DNA of 64,000 nt, taken from NCBI RefSeq assembly GCF_009914755.1, contig NC_060932.1; one strand, 5' to 3'. The stretch comes from the human T2T-CHM13v2.0 reference genome, Homo sapiens. Below are positions 28,283 to 39,070 of this stretch, in pieces. The notes beneath the pieces were generated by a model. That model was not told where the DNA came from. It saw only the letters and a list, made by a program, of their open reading frames with translations, and ran no database searches. A program made the position numbers and the translations under genes. Position 1 is the first letter of the stretch. Each line of letters begins with the position of its first letter.

Positions 28283-28295
28283 CTTCCACAGCCAT
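28283..28295 (-). CDS. SAMD12: Coding part of exon 1 (13 nt: M-A-V-E plus one base, phase-1 intron) of SAM domain-containing protein 12
   Basis: Minus strand AGA ATG GCT GTG GAA G|GTAAGG with strong Kozak context (-3 A, +4 G) and consensus donor; matches recalled N-terminus MAVEALHCG and the recalled head-to-head layout with SAMD12-AS1. Confidence 0.8.
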
Positions 28296-28460
28296 TCTCT
28301 CAGAGCTTCCCTAACGCATGCATAATTTTCTTGGCCGAGGTACTCCTCCTGCCCCGCGCTCCCCCCTTCCTCTCGCTTTCGCCTAAATATTCTGCGCTTA
28401 TCTGCTCCAGGACCAACCTGCCGCGGTCACGCAAAGCGAGGCAGCCGGCTCCCGGCTCGG
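28296..28460 (-). other. SAMD12: 5' UTR of exon 1 (TSS approximate)
   Basis: Lies between the ZNF143-type motif (28464-28491) and the ATG, inside the CpG island. Confidence 0.65.
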
Positions 28461-28463
28461 CGC

Positions 28464-28491
28464 GCGCAGGGCGTCCTGGGAAGTGTAGTTC
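28464..28491 (-). promoter_or_regulatory. ZNF143/SBS (ACTACA..TCCCAG) promoter motif
   Basis: Minus strand GAACTACACTTCCCAGGACGCCCTGCGC. Confidence 0.8.
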
Positions 28492-28641
28492 CCTCCCTTC
28501 GCTCGGACTGGGGAGAGCACCCCGACTCCTCCGCGGAGTGCCGCCTGGCCCCGACACTTGGAGAGCAACTCCAGCTTCAGCTGGCCAGGCCGAGCAATCT
28601 CTCCTGGGGAAGTTGTGAGGGGACCAGGGATGCCTGGTTGT

Positions 28642-28671
28642 GGCGGGGCGGGGGCGGGGGGGGGGGGGGGG
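28642..28671 (+). repeat. GC boxes followed by a G16 homopolymer (G-quadruplex-capable)
   Basis: GGC, G4C, G5C, then a 16-G run at 28656-28671. Confidence 0.85.
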
Positions 28672-28688
28672 TTCCCTGGAAGCGGTCT

Positions 28689-28716
28689 GGACTACATCTC
28701 CCAGGAGGCCGTGCGC
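28689..28716 (+). promoter_or_regulatory. ZNF143/SBS promoter motif
   Basis: GGACTACATCTCCCAGGAGGCCGTGCGC. Confidence 0.8.
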
Positions 28717-30107
28717 TGAGATAGGTTCGCTGCTAAGAGTAGGGACCCGTGATTGAGCCCTTCCCTGTCCATTACAAGGGGTTTGGCACCTAGCAGGTGT
28801 GGTGAGGTGGGCAGGTGACGGTCAGCTGTGTGATGAGCTCCTGCGAGCTCGTCCGTGGGCCTCTGCCGCCGGTACCGCCCCGCCCCCTGGCCTCCTGAAC
28901 CACCATTTAGTAGGGAGAGCAGGACCACTGTCCTCCTGTGTGGTTCTCCACCTGGGCCAGAGAACGCTGCCCAGGGTGAGGTTGAAACTTGTTCCTTCGC
29001 ACCCTGAGATGTATGGGTTTTGTGGGGGAATTCCGACGGTTGATACAGTTGTCTTATCCTACAGGGTGGTTCAGGTGGCTAAATACTTGGCATGGGGGTG
29101 TAGGGGAGGAGGAGTGGCTTAAACCCCAATAGGCAACGTCCCCAAGGGGTTGTTAGGAACAAAGTCTGGGAGCCAGGATTGCACCGGAGGAGGTCAGATG
29201 AAAGCCTGTCTGGCTTCCAGGATAGGAGGCTTTCAATTTGCCTAGACTTGGAGCCTGTTGACAGCCTGTGATAGGGCCTAATAATTAACAGTGCCTGAGA
29301 ATCAGGTTCCTTCAACTTCTGAACCTATGTCCTAGCTGTAGGTGCTGGGGATGCTATAAGCAGACATGATAATGGGAATCACGTGGATAGCAATACAATT
29401 CGACAGCTCGTAAAAATTAAGTTTCTAAACATTTTTTCCTGCGTGTGAAAATACGGATACAGTTGTGGCTGGAAGGGGTAAGGGAATAGCCTCGGGAATA
29501 AATCTGGCTCAAGACTGGATTGACTTTTAAAGGCCTTCAGTTTACAAATGTATTTGGTACCACATCCACCCAGTCACTCATATATAATGTTAATCTCTGT
29601 AAAATGAGGAAGTACAAAAATCGGATTCTTCCCATGATGACTACTTAGACATTTTTGTGTGTCTTGGTCATCAGCAAAAAAAAAAAATGTTTTTCAAAAC
29701 AATTTCGTTTCTCAGTGTATACATGCACACCTGTTGTTCTGGTCACTAATTACATGCTTAGTTCCCCTACTGGGTAATATATAATAATAATATGTGTATA
29801 GGTACTTTAAAAAATACCTGCGTGTAACCATTAAATGCTCTTGTTGATACTTTAATTCTGAGTCCATGGAGCTGTGTACAAGTCAAACCTAAGCCTCTCT
29901 TTTAGGTACAGTAGAGAGAGACCCATTCAGTGAGACATAATTTCCATGGGAAAAAGAATTTTCCGACCTAATACACAGCCAAGCATTCTAAACTCTGGAA
30001 AGAACTGAAATCCAGGTGCTTCACTACTTTATGTATATAAAATCACCAAAGTGTTAAGTATTTTCTGAGATTGAATGAATGTGAAAGAAAGCCATAGGAC
30101 AGGTAGT

Positions 30108-30275
30108 ATCAATGGTTCTCAACCTTGGCTGTGCATCAGCCTTCTACAAATATATATTCCTAAGCTTTTATCTTAGTCTCACAGAATCAGAGCTTATGGG
30201 GGTTTGGGTAGAGGCACTCAGGTTTTAAAAACCCACAGGTGATTCCAGTCTTCATTGAGGGTGAAAACCATTGGT
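30108..30275. mobile_element. MER5A/B MITE
   Basis: caatggttctcaaccttggctg...cacaggtgattcc...tgaaaaccattg. Confidence 0.7.
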
Positions 30276-30609
30276 CTGGTTCCAAGCTTTTAAATATCTG
30301 GGTGATATAAAAATATAAAAGTCATTGAAATCTGTGGTTAATTTTAAAACTTCATCTTAGCTCATCTTTAATATTTTTCCCAGTGATGTGCATTCTAGAC
30401 GAGTTTTATTTTTAGTATAAATAAAATGTGAAGGAGATGTTAGTTTCTACCATATGAAATAGCCAATGTTTGACCATTTTTAAAACCTACAAATAGAACA
30501 ATTTCATGTGGTTCTGCCTAATAAGGGATAAACAATAGTTGCGCAGAGGTTTTCAATTCTGGCTGAACATTAGAATCACCTGGGAAGTACTAAAAAAAAA
30601 TTACATTTA

Positions 30610-31240
30610 TCTCTAGAATGTTTGAAAGATAAAGACACAAAATACCAACCGTTGGCAAGATTGTGAAGCAATAAAGATTTATATATTGCTGGTGGTGTGC
30701 AAATTCACAAAACCACTTTGGAAAACCATCTGAAATATTCAGCTGAATATATGCTTATCCTGTGACCCAGAAGTTCTACTCCTAGGTTTACACCAAACAA
30801 ATATGCATACAGATGTTCTCCAAAAGACATGTGCAAGAATGTTTGTGGCTGCATTATTTTAATGTTCCCAAATGGAAAACAACTCAAATATTTATCAACA
30901 CAGATTGGAGAGATGAACTGTGGTATAACCAAATAATTCCATATAGCAGGGGTCAACAAACTAAGACCAATGAGCCAAATATGGCTCACCATTTATTTCT
31001 TATAACTCACCAGCTAGGTGTGATTTTTACATTTTTAAATGGTTGGAAAAAAAACAAAAAAAGTATAATTTGCAAAGCCTGGAAATTATAAAGACATACT
31101 TACATAATATCCTCAATTTTGCCTCTTGTCCTACAAAGCCTCAAATATTTCCTACCTGATCCTTTGCAGAAAAAAAGCTTTCCAAACCCTCCTATAAAGT
31201 AATGCAAATGAAGGAATTACAATTGTATACAACAACATGA
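30610..31240 (+). mobile_element. L1ME/MC fragment interrupted by MER58
   Basis: ccactttggaaaac...tgacccag...actcctagg...tggaaaacaactcaaat; L1 sequence resumes after 31191. Confidence 0.75.
30947..31191 (+). mobile_element. MER58B/C hAT-Charlie
   Basis: caggggtcaacaaacta...ttttacatttttaaatggttgg...caaagcctcaaatattt...cctttgcagaaaaa. Confidence 0.8.
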
Positions 31241-31639
31241 TGAGCCACATGTATTAATCGATTGCTGTTAACAAATTATCCCAATATTTAGTGGTTTACA
31301 ACAATACCCATGTATTACTTCAGTTTCTGTGGCTCAGTAATTTGGGCACAGCTTAGCTTCTGCTTTAGTATCTTTCACAGACTGCAATCATGACTTATTT
31401 TTGGTCTTTTTTATCAGCAGCCAAGTACAGTTCCTAACAGATATACCCAATTTTAGCAAGGGGCAAAGTCCAGACCTCATCCCATACCTCTCATAAGCCA
31501 AATTCTGTGTTCATTATGATGCTATTGTTTGTTCCTTATAGTATATAAGCACTTCGAGTGCTGGAACTGAGTCTTATGCTTCATATCTTCCAGATTCTTG
31601 GTCATAATTGTGGTTACATAGTAAGTACTCAATAGATAA

Positions 31640-31880
31640 TTTATTACTACTATTTTTTTATCCTTGTTATAAGTAGCATTTGTTGGGAAATTACAAGTGC
31701 CAAGCTCTGTCTAAGCATCTTGACATACATCATCTCCTTTAATCACTACAATATTGTCAGATATCACTATTTTCCAGATGAGGAAATTGAAGCTCAGTGA
31801 ATTTAAGTAATTTGCCCCATGTCTCCAAAACATGAATTGTAGCAAGGGGATTGAGGTCTACCTAAGTGTAGAACTCTGTG
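31640..31880 (-). mobile_element. MIR SINE
   Basis: ttttccagatgaggaaattgaagctcag...aagtaatttgccc. Confidence 0.7.
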
Positions 31881-32679
31881 ATGTTACTCCATCTAGATTT
31901 CAATACTGATTACGTGATCACAAATCTGAATTCATAAGCACTTGGCCAAATAGGAATTGTCATTACTAATAAAATGAAGGGTTTAAAATATTTTAATATC
32001 AGAAATTGTGATATTTAGAATGATTCAAAAATTTCTGAATATATCAGAGAGCACAGAAAGGGAAGGAAAAGCCCATTACCTTATAGTGAATTAAATAAAA
32101 AAAGAAATATTGAGATGAGGCTACAGATTTCACTGGATTCTAAGATTTAAAATAGTACATATAAGTACTTTACTGTATTTATTGTTCTAACTCGGTTGCT
32201 ATATTCACAAGCCTCTACAGAAAACATTCATAAATCTCAAAAAGTAAATAGATTATGTTTCTATTCTGTTCAGGGAGATCTTCTAAACCTAACCAAAAGG
32301 ATTCAAACCCTAAAAAGTAAAATTTTTGACAGGAGGAACTGAGAGGAAAAAAATAATTTTTTTGTAATTAAGATAAAAAATACTAACTCTAATCCTTGAG
32401 TCATGAATAAAGTGCCAACCATTCAAGTTATATCAGGCTTCCATTGGAGGAAGTAAGCATATTTCAGGGAACATGATTTAAGCAAAAGCCTAGTTGTTTT
32501 TGCTTAAATCACATTGTGCATAATTAAATCGCATTGTGTGTTATCTGTTTGTTGATAAGTTGGTGATATTCTATACCATCGTTCGTCTAAACTATACTTT
32601 CAAAATCAGACTTAAATTATGTCTTCAAAATTTGAGCAGAATCTGTCTACCTTTATATTAACTGGTTATCTGAATATTT

Positions 32680-32930
32680 GGCTTCAGTACTCAAGTTTCG
32701 TAGACATACAGAACTAGATTGTAATCCTGACTCTCATTTACTCGATGTTGGTTATTAGCAAAGTTCTTTGACATTTCTGTGCCTTGGTTTTCCCACATGT
32801 ATTGTAATGCTATTAATTGTGTAATGTATACATTACCTAGCTCACAGTTTGGGGCTCAGCAGTGACTGAGAGAGTATCTATAGTGTTGTGCGCTGTCCTG
32901 GCACATAATGGATGCCCAATAAGTGTTTGC
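32680..32930 (+). mobile_element. MIR SINE
   Basis: tctgtgccttggttttcccacatgta...cctggcacataa. Confidence 0.6.
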
Positions 32931-33266
32931 TCTTTTGATCATCCATGGAAGCCTGAGAGGCCATTCCCAAAGAACATGGATATAATTCAGTTAAGCAGTA
33001 GCAAGGGCCTCAGGATACTTGCCAAGTGTGGAGTAAGTCTGCCCAGTCCGACTTGTAGTTAAGCCACTGAATGAACTTAACTTGATCAATGCAGAGCCTC
33101 CTCTGACAGGCAAGAAAACAGGGCTGTGCCATGGAAGAGCAGTGTCCTGGACACTTGTCCCTTTTTGGATAGGTTTTGTTGATAGAAAAGAGTGTGGGAT
33201 TATTGTAGGCTCTAGTGGCTGACTGCATACAAACTTTCTGTGTTCTGGATTTCCAACCCTGAAGTA

Positions 33267-33348
33267 TTAGGTTGGTGCAAAAATAATTGCAGTTTTTGCC
33301 ATTTTTTTTTTAATGGTAAAAACTGCCATTACTTTTGCACCAACCTAA
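33267..33348. mobile_element. MADE1 (Hsmar1 mariner MITE)
   Basis: ttaggttggtgcaaaa...ttttgcaccaacctaa palindromic TIRs flanked by TA TSDs. Confidence 0.95.
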
Positions 33349-35167
33349 TAAATTTGCAGCACCTCTTCTGAGCAGAGTTGCCCCTACTTCCCCAACCAGG
33401 GGAAATTGTAAACTGTGTGTAAAAGCATAGGAATGGTCATCTGGAATTACTTGTCATTGGTACACATCAGCACAAGAGAACACTAGAAGAGATGCAACTT
33501 ATTTTCACAACTGAACTATTCTATGCCAGATGTTTAAAAACTTAAGGTGTGATGGGCTCCCTTTTACTACTACTTCCAAAATGACCAGAAATCTTTACTA
33601 GGCAGAGATGCTAAAGCTGACCGCTTACTGTAGTTATTTGACCAGTCCTTTCCCTTCCCTTCTGTTCCTCTGTTAATAATTACCTAATAAACTTTATATT
33701 TTTAATCATTATATAGGGTACAGTGAGCCTTCACATACATTATTGCATTTTATCTTTACAATGGCTGTCAGTGGATAGTATTTACTTCATTTTATAGGTA
33801 TGAAACAGAGGCTGGGCAAGGATGGATGATTAGCCCAAATTTATACACCCAGACAGAGCCTGAATTCAACACTTGAGACTTCTGCATTCAGTACTTTTTT
33901 CATTCCATCTCAATGTACTTTCTCATCAGGTGTAAAAGTGCCACTTACCCTATTGGCTTCCAAAAATATATTGAAATGCACTCTGACAGGAAGAATCTCA
34001 TTTGATATCGGGAATTTCAACAAAATCCCACCTTATTTGGGCAAAAGAACTCTCTAAGAGTGAAACTTTTCTTGAATGAGCTTAAAGTACAGTGATCTTA
34101 ATGGAAGATTTTAGCTAGAAGATATTCATCTTCAGTACTCTTCAAGTCTAAGCTACGGTTTTCTCTCACTAAGACCACTACTAATTTCAGTAGTTTACTA
34201 ATTAGTCTATCTGCATACAATTCTTCCCCAGTGTGGCTTCTCTCCACCAGCAAACAGAATGGTATGACCCAAATCTAATCATCTCACTCCAATTTGAAGT
34301 CATTTGATTGCATCCCTTTACTCTTTGGTTAAAGCCTACAAGCCCTAGCAAAGTTTTTCTTAGGCTCCCATTCTGGGTTAGTTTTCTCCACAACACTCAT
34401 ATCAGTTTGTAGGAATATATTTATTATTTTCATTTAAATAGTGTCAGTATCCCCACTAATTCCATCGGATTAAGAATGGACTCTGATTTTGCTCCCCTTT
34501 GATCTTCCAACCACTAGCACTGTATCTGGCCCAACAATACATACTTAATACATGTATTATGTATCTGTAAGTACTGTCTGACTGAAGGAGCACATGAGTA
34601 AACTACCTAATCATAAATGTGTTTATTTTTCCCAATTAAACTGCAGGTTAGTATTTTGTTTGTGTTTGTGTTAATGTTTTATACTCTTAGAAGTAGGCTT
34701 TTTTTTTCTAACCTAGAATCTGTTCAGAAAGGACTTAGAGGCAAGTTACTCTAAGTCCTATCATTTCACAGTTGAGGCAGAAAACCAAAAAAGTTTGCCA
34801 GGATCACATCATAGCAGAACAATGTCTAGAACCCAGGTTCAGGCCAAGGTTCTTCATTGGTGGTTTGATTTTTGTTTTTGTTTTTAGAGGATGTGGTGGG
34901 GAGAGATTTCTGTTCCACTGGGCTCAGTTTGGCTTGGTGGCTGAGCTTTCAGTCAAGGAGGCTGGGGCAGCTCTGCTCCTCGCTGCAGGTTTTTGAGTAA
35001 GCTGGGGAACTCTGCCTCAGGCTAAAGGGGCAGCAGCTAACGGCAGAGGAGCAAGAGAGAAAAAGGAAATATGCAAGGCTTTTAAGCCCTGTCTCAGAAC
35101 TGCAGCACTTTCACTTCTCTTACATCATGTGTTGAATCAAGTCATAGGGCCAATCCAAAAGTCAAGG

Positions 35168-35237
35168 TGTATTAGTTCATTCTCATGCTGCTAATAAAGA
35201 CATACCTGAGACTGGGAAATTTATAAAGGAAAGAGGC
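35168..35237 (-). mobile_element. THE1/MST LTR 3' fragment
   Basis: tgtattagttcattctcatgctgctaataaagacatacctgagactggg...tttataaaggaaagagg. Confidence 0.8.
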
Positions 35238-35971
35238 TGGACCAAAAACATAAAGAACCTTTTCTTTTTAGGAGGCCATATGCTTTCTTGTTCTCCCTGT
35301 GGGAGAATAAAAACCCCACATGTTGTGGTGTTGCACAAAGAAAGAATGGAGTTGGGCTTTTGTGGTTAGAGATGAGAAAAGTCCATCAGTTGTCAGAAAG
35401 TAAGAGTCTGAGGAATTCATGCAGTCAGAGAAAGACAAAAGGCTCTGCAGGTGCTGATGACAGATGACTGTCCTCATAAACCTGAAGTCATGATCTAGGG
35501 CTCAATCCTAATGTCTGAAAACTCAAAGAAGTAGAAGAAAAATGGGACCTAGGAGATAATTTAGATCGCAGCTGGGAGAGAAAGGACACAGCACACCTAA
35601 GATGTGCCTTGTGAGATAAGGCAAGTATTAGCATGGTGCAGCCCTGGGTTTCACCTTTGACTGGCCTTTTCTAGCCTGTGATAACTTTTAGTGAAAAATG
35701 TGGCATTCAAAAGGTATCTCTGCAAGGTCTAGTTTTATTCAGGGATCCTAAAAGCTGGAAATATGAACCTTGTGGGGCTGGGGAAAATTATTGGCTAATT
35801 TTTGCCCCACACTTTTAAATGCTAATAGAGTAGTATCTGTTAGGTATCTTCGGTGATGTGGTGGTGTATTTGTTAAGGTCATCTCTGCCTTCCTTGTAGA
35901 ACCCTTCTATGGATGCTTAGAGGTTCCTTATTCTCTTCCTCTGGGCTTGTCTCAAAAAAACAACAACAATA

Positions 35972-36256
35972 GGCCAGGCATGTTGGCTCACACCTGTAAT
36001 CCCAGCACTTTGGGAGGCCAAGGTGGGCAGATCATGAGGTCAGGAGATCGAGACCATCTTGACCAACATGGTGAAACCCCATCTCTACTAAAATACAAAA
36101 AAATAGCCAGGCATGGTGGCACATGCCTGTAGTCCCAGCTACTTGGGAAGCTGAGGCAGGGTAATTGCTTGAACCAGGAGGCAGAGGTTGCAGTGAGCCG
36201 AGATCACACTACTCCCCTCCAGCCTGGGTGACAGAGTAAGACTCTGTCTCAAAAAA

Positions 36257-36291
<35 letters not shown>

Positions 36292-36298
36292 AATAAAA
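35972..36298 (+). mobile_element. AluSc-like with (TAAA)n tail
   Basis: Full Alu dimer; tail expanded into a TAAA microsatellite. Confidence 0.93.
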
Positions 36299-36599
36299 GA
36301 CAATAACAGACACACAAAAAGCCTCCCCGAAGCTGTGGTTTCTTATAGATGCTGCCTTACATGTGCTGGATATATTAATTGATTCCACACAGTGATACAG
36401 TAGAAATACCCTGGACCCTGGAAACATAGATCAGAGTTCAAAATCTGCCTCTTTACAAACCAGCAGGGTGAACTAAAGCAAAAGGATTAACATCTCTGGC
36501 CTTGGTTTTCTCATCTATAAAATGGACAATATCCCTCACCAGGTCTTTTTGAGGGCAAGTTATTTATCTATCCAACAAATTATCCCCAAATTTAGTGAC

Positions 36600-37215
36600 T
36601 GTGATAGTTCATTTGTGATGTCAACTTGACTGGATGAAGAGATACACAGATAGCTGCTAAAGCATTATTTATTACCAGGGCTTCAGTAGGCACTGAGCCT
36701 GTCCATCATCTGCTGAAAGGGAAACCCAGGTGGTTTGGGATTTGATTCCAATAATTGGGTTGCCCCAGGTGTGTCTGTAAGGGTGTTTCCAAAAGGGATT
36801 GGCATGTGAGCCTGTGGGCTGAGTGGGAAAGATCTGGTCTTAATGTAGGTGGACACCAATCAATCAGTGCAGTGTCTGGATAGAACAAAAAGGTATAGGA
36901 AGGGCTAATTCACTGTCTTCTAGAGCTTCCCTTAGAGCTGCCCTCTCTTCTCCTCCTGCCCTTGAACATTAGAACTCCATGTTCTCCAGCTGTTGGGCTC
37001 CAGGACTTATACCAGTGGACCCATGGGCTCTCCAGCCTTTGGCTTTGGACTGAGAATTACACCATCAGCTTCCCTGGCTCTGAGGACTTCAGACTGGGAC
37101 TAAGCTGCACTACCAGCTTTCCTGGTTCTTGGGCTCACAGATGTCCTATTGTGACTTCTCAGCCTCCGTAATCGAGTAAACCAATTCTTCTAATAAATTT
37201 CTTTTCCTCTCTCTC

Positions 37216-37268
<53 letters not shown>

Positions 37269-37603
37269 ATCTTTTAGTTATTTTAAATGTACAATACATT
37301 ATTGTTGACTATAGTCACCTCTGTGTGTGTATATATATATACACACACACATACACACACACACATATATATATATACACACACACAGAGGTGACTATAG
37401 TCAACAATAATGTACTGTACATTTTAAAATAACTAAAAGATATACATATATATCCTATATATTTATATATATATCTATAGGATATATATATATTTTTTTG
37501 AACCAGGCAATATATATATATAACCAGGTATGTGTGTATATATATATATACATATATATATATCCTATCACTTCTGTCTCTCTGGAGAACTCTGAATGAA
37601 ACA
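36600..37603 (+). mobile_element. MLT2B-type ERVL LTR with an expanded TA-rich segment, nested in an MLT1 LTR
   Basis: tgtgatagtt...gtcaacttgactgg...ctctctggagaactctgaatgaaaca; degenerate 5-bp TSD gtgac/gcggc; MLT1 sequence continues on both sides. Confidence 0.85.
37219..37562. repeat. Complex (AT)n/(AC)n microsatellite containing a long inverted repeat
   Basis: (AT)21 at 37219-37260; inverted arms 37262-37330 and 37379-37448. Confidence 0.95.
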
Positions 37604-38050
37604 GCGGCTTAAAATAAACATTTATCATCTCACACAATTTCTGTGGCTCAAGGGATATGAGAGCAGCTTAGCTGTGTGGTTCCAGCTCAGTGTCTTTCAT
37701 AAGGTCACAGTAAAGATGTCACCCAGGGCTGAACTCATCTGAAGGCTTGACTGGGGCTGGAGGATCTGCTCCAAGGTGGCTGTCTCACCCACTTGGAAAT
37801 TTAGTGCTGCTTGTTGGCAGGAAGGCTTGGTGCCCCCACAACATGGACTTCTTCATGGATTGGCTGAATTGTCCTCATAGAGGGACAGTTGGCTTTCCCC
37901 AGAGAGGGTGACCCAAAGGGGGCAAGAAGGAAGCCACAGTACATTTTATGACCTGGTCTTGGAAATCATACGTTGTCACCTCCAGCTATTCTACTTGCTA
38001 CAAGAAAGCCACCAACTCTAGCCCTCAAAGGAATGGGAATTAAGTTCCAC
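37604..38050 (-). mobile_element. MLT1F/G-like LTR
   Basis: ggcttaaaataaacatttatcatctcac...ctcatctgaaggcttgactggggctggaggatctgc. Confidence 0.8.
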
Positions 38051-38055
38051 TTTTT

Positions 38056-38340
38056 AAAAGAAAATTTTTGTGGGTACGTAGTAGGTGTTTATGTTCATGG
38101 AATACATGTGATATTTTAATACAGACATACAATGCATAATAATCATAGGAAGATAACTACACATTTGTTTGAGCTCCTTATATATTCTGGCTATCAATCT
38201 CTTGTCATATGGATAGTATGCAAATATTTTCTCCCATTCTGTGGGTTGTCTCTTCACATTCTTGATTGTTTCCTTTGCTGTGTAGAAGCTTTTTAACTTG
38301 ATGTAATCTCATTTGTCCATTTTGTTTTGGTTGCTGAGGC
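38056..38340 (-). mobile_element. L1MA fragment: 3' end fused to an ORF2 C-terminal segment
   Basis: ORF 38054-38257 [14 protein letters not shown]...RIYKELKQ matches L1 ORF2p; cacttttt on both flanks. Confidence 0.85.
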
Positions 38341-38475
38341 TTCACTTTTTGAAGAGGGTGTATAAGAATTTGTGGAAGTATTTTGAATCAGCACAAGAGG
38401 CCACATATGTAAAATTATTGTCATAAAATAAGTGTGGAGTAAATGAAATTGATTATTACTTGGAAGCTTAAATAG

Positions 38476-38815
<340 letters not shown>

Positions 38816-38819
38816 TAAA

Positions 38820-39070
38820 TAATAGCTAAATGTATTGCTTGTTCTTGTGTTAGGCATTGGGCTAAGCAAGTTAGATGAAATAGCTCATTTCACCTTCACA
38901 ATAGCCCTGGGAAATGGGTCCCAGTCAATTGGTATCCCAATTTTACAGAGGAGGAAGCTGAAATATGCACAGATAAGTTAAATAATTTTTTAGATATTAA
39001 CATGGAGGGCTTGATGGAGCCAGGAATTGCTCTCAAGCAATCAACCATAGGATGCAGCTTTTAACCACCT
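38820..39070 (-). mobile_element. MIR SINE
   Basis: ccaattttacagaggaggaagctga...ggagccaggaatt. Confidence 0.65.

Larger units (their letters stand above)
27720..28900. promoter_or_regulatory. CpG island / bidirectional promoter
   Basis: High GC and CpG density versus flanks; NotI site 27787-27794; ETS/CRE-like CTTCCGGATGACGCA 27845-27859; CACGTG 27880-27885; GC boxes 28645-28660; two ZNF143-type motifs. Confidence 0.92.

Noticed and set aside
27635-29122. Overlapping 64-159 aa ORFs in the CpG island
   Set aside because: Pro/Gly/Arg-rich stop-poor ORFs typical of GC-rich DNA; no recognisable domains; the likely real coding part is only 13 nt
36251-36298. A-rich Alu tail as the SAMD12 epilepsy (FAME1) TTTTA/TTTCA repeat
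   Set aside because: This is a short (TAAA)n tail upstream of the gene; the disease repeat is in intron 4, outside this window
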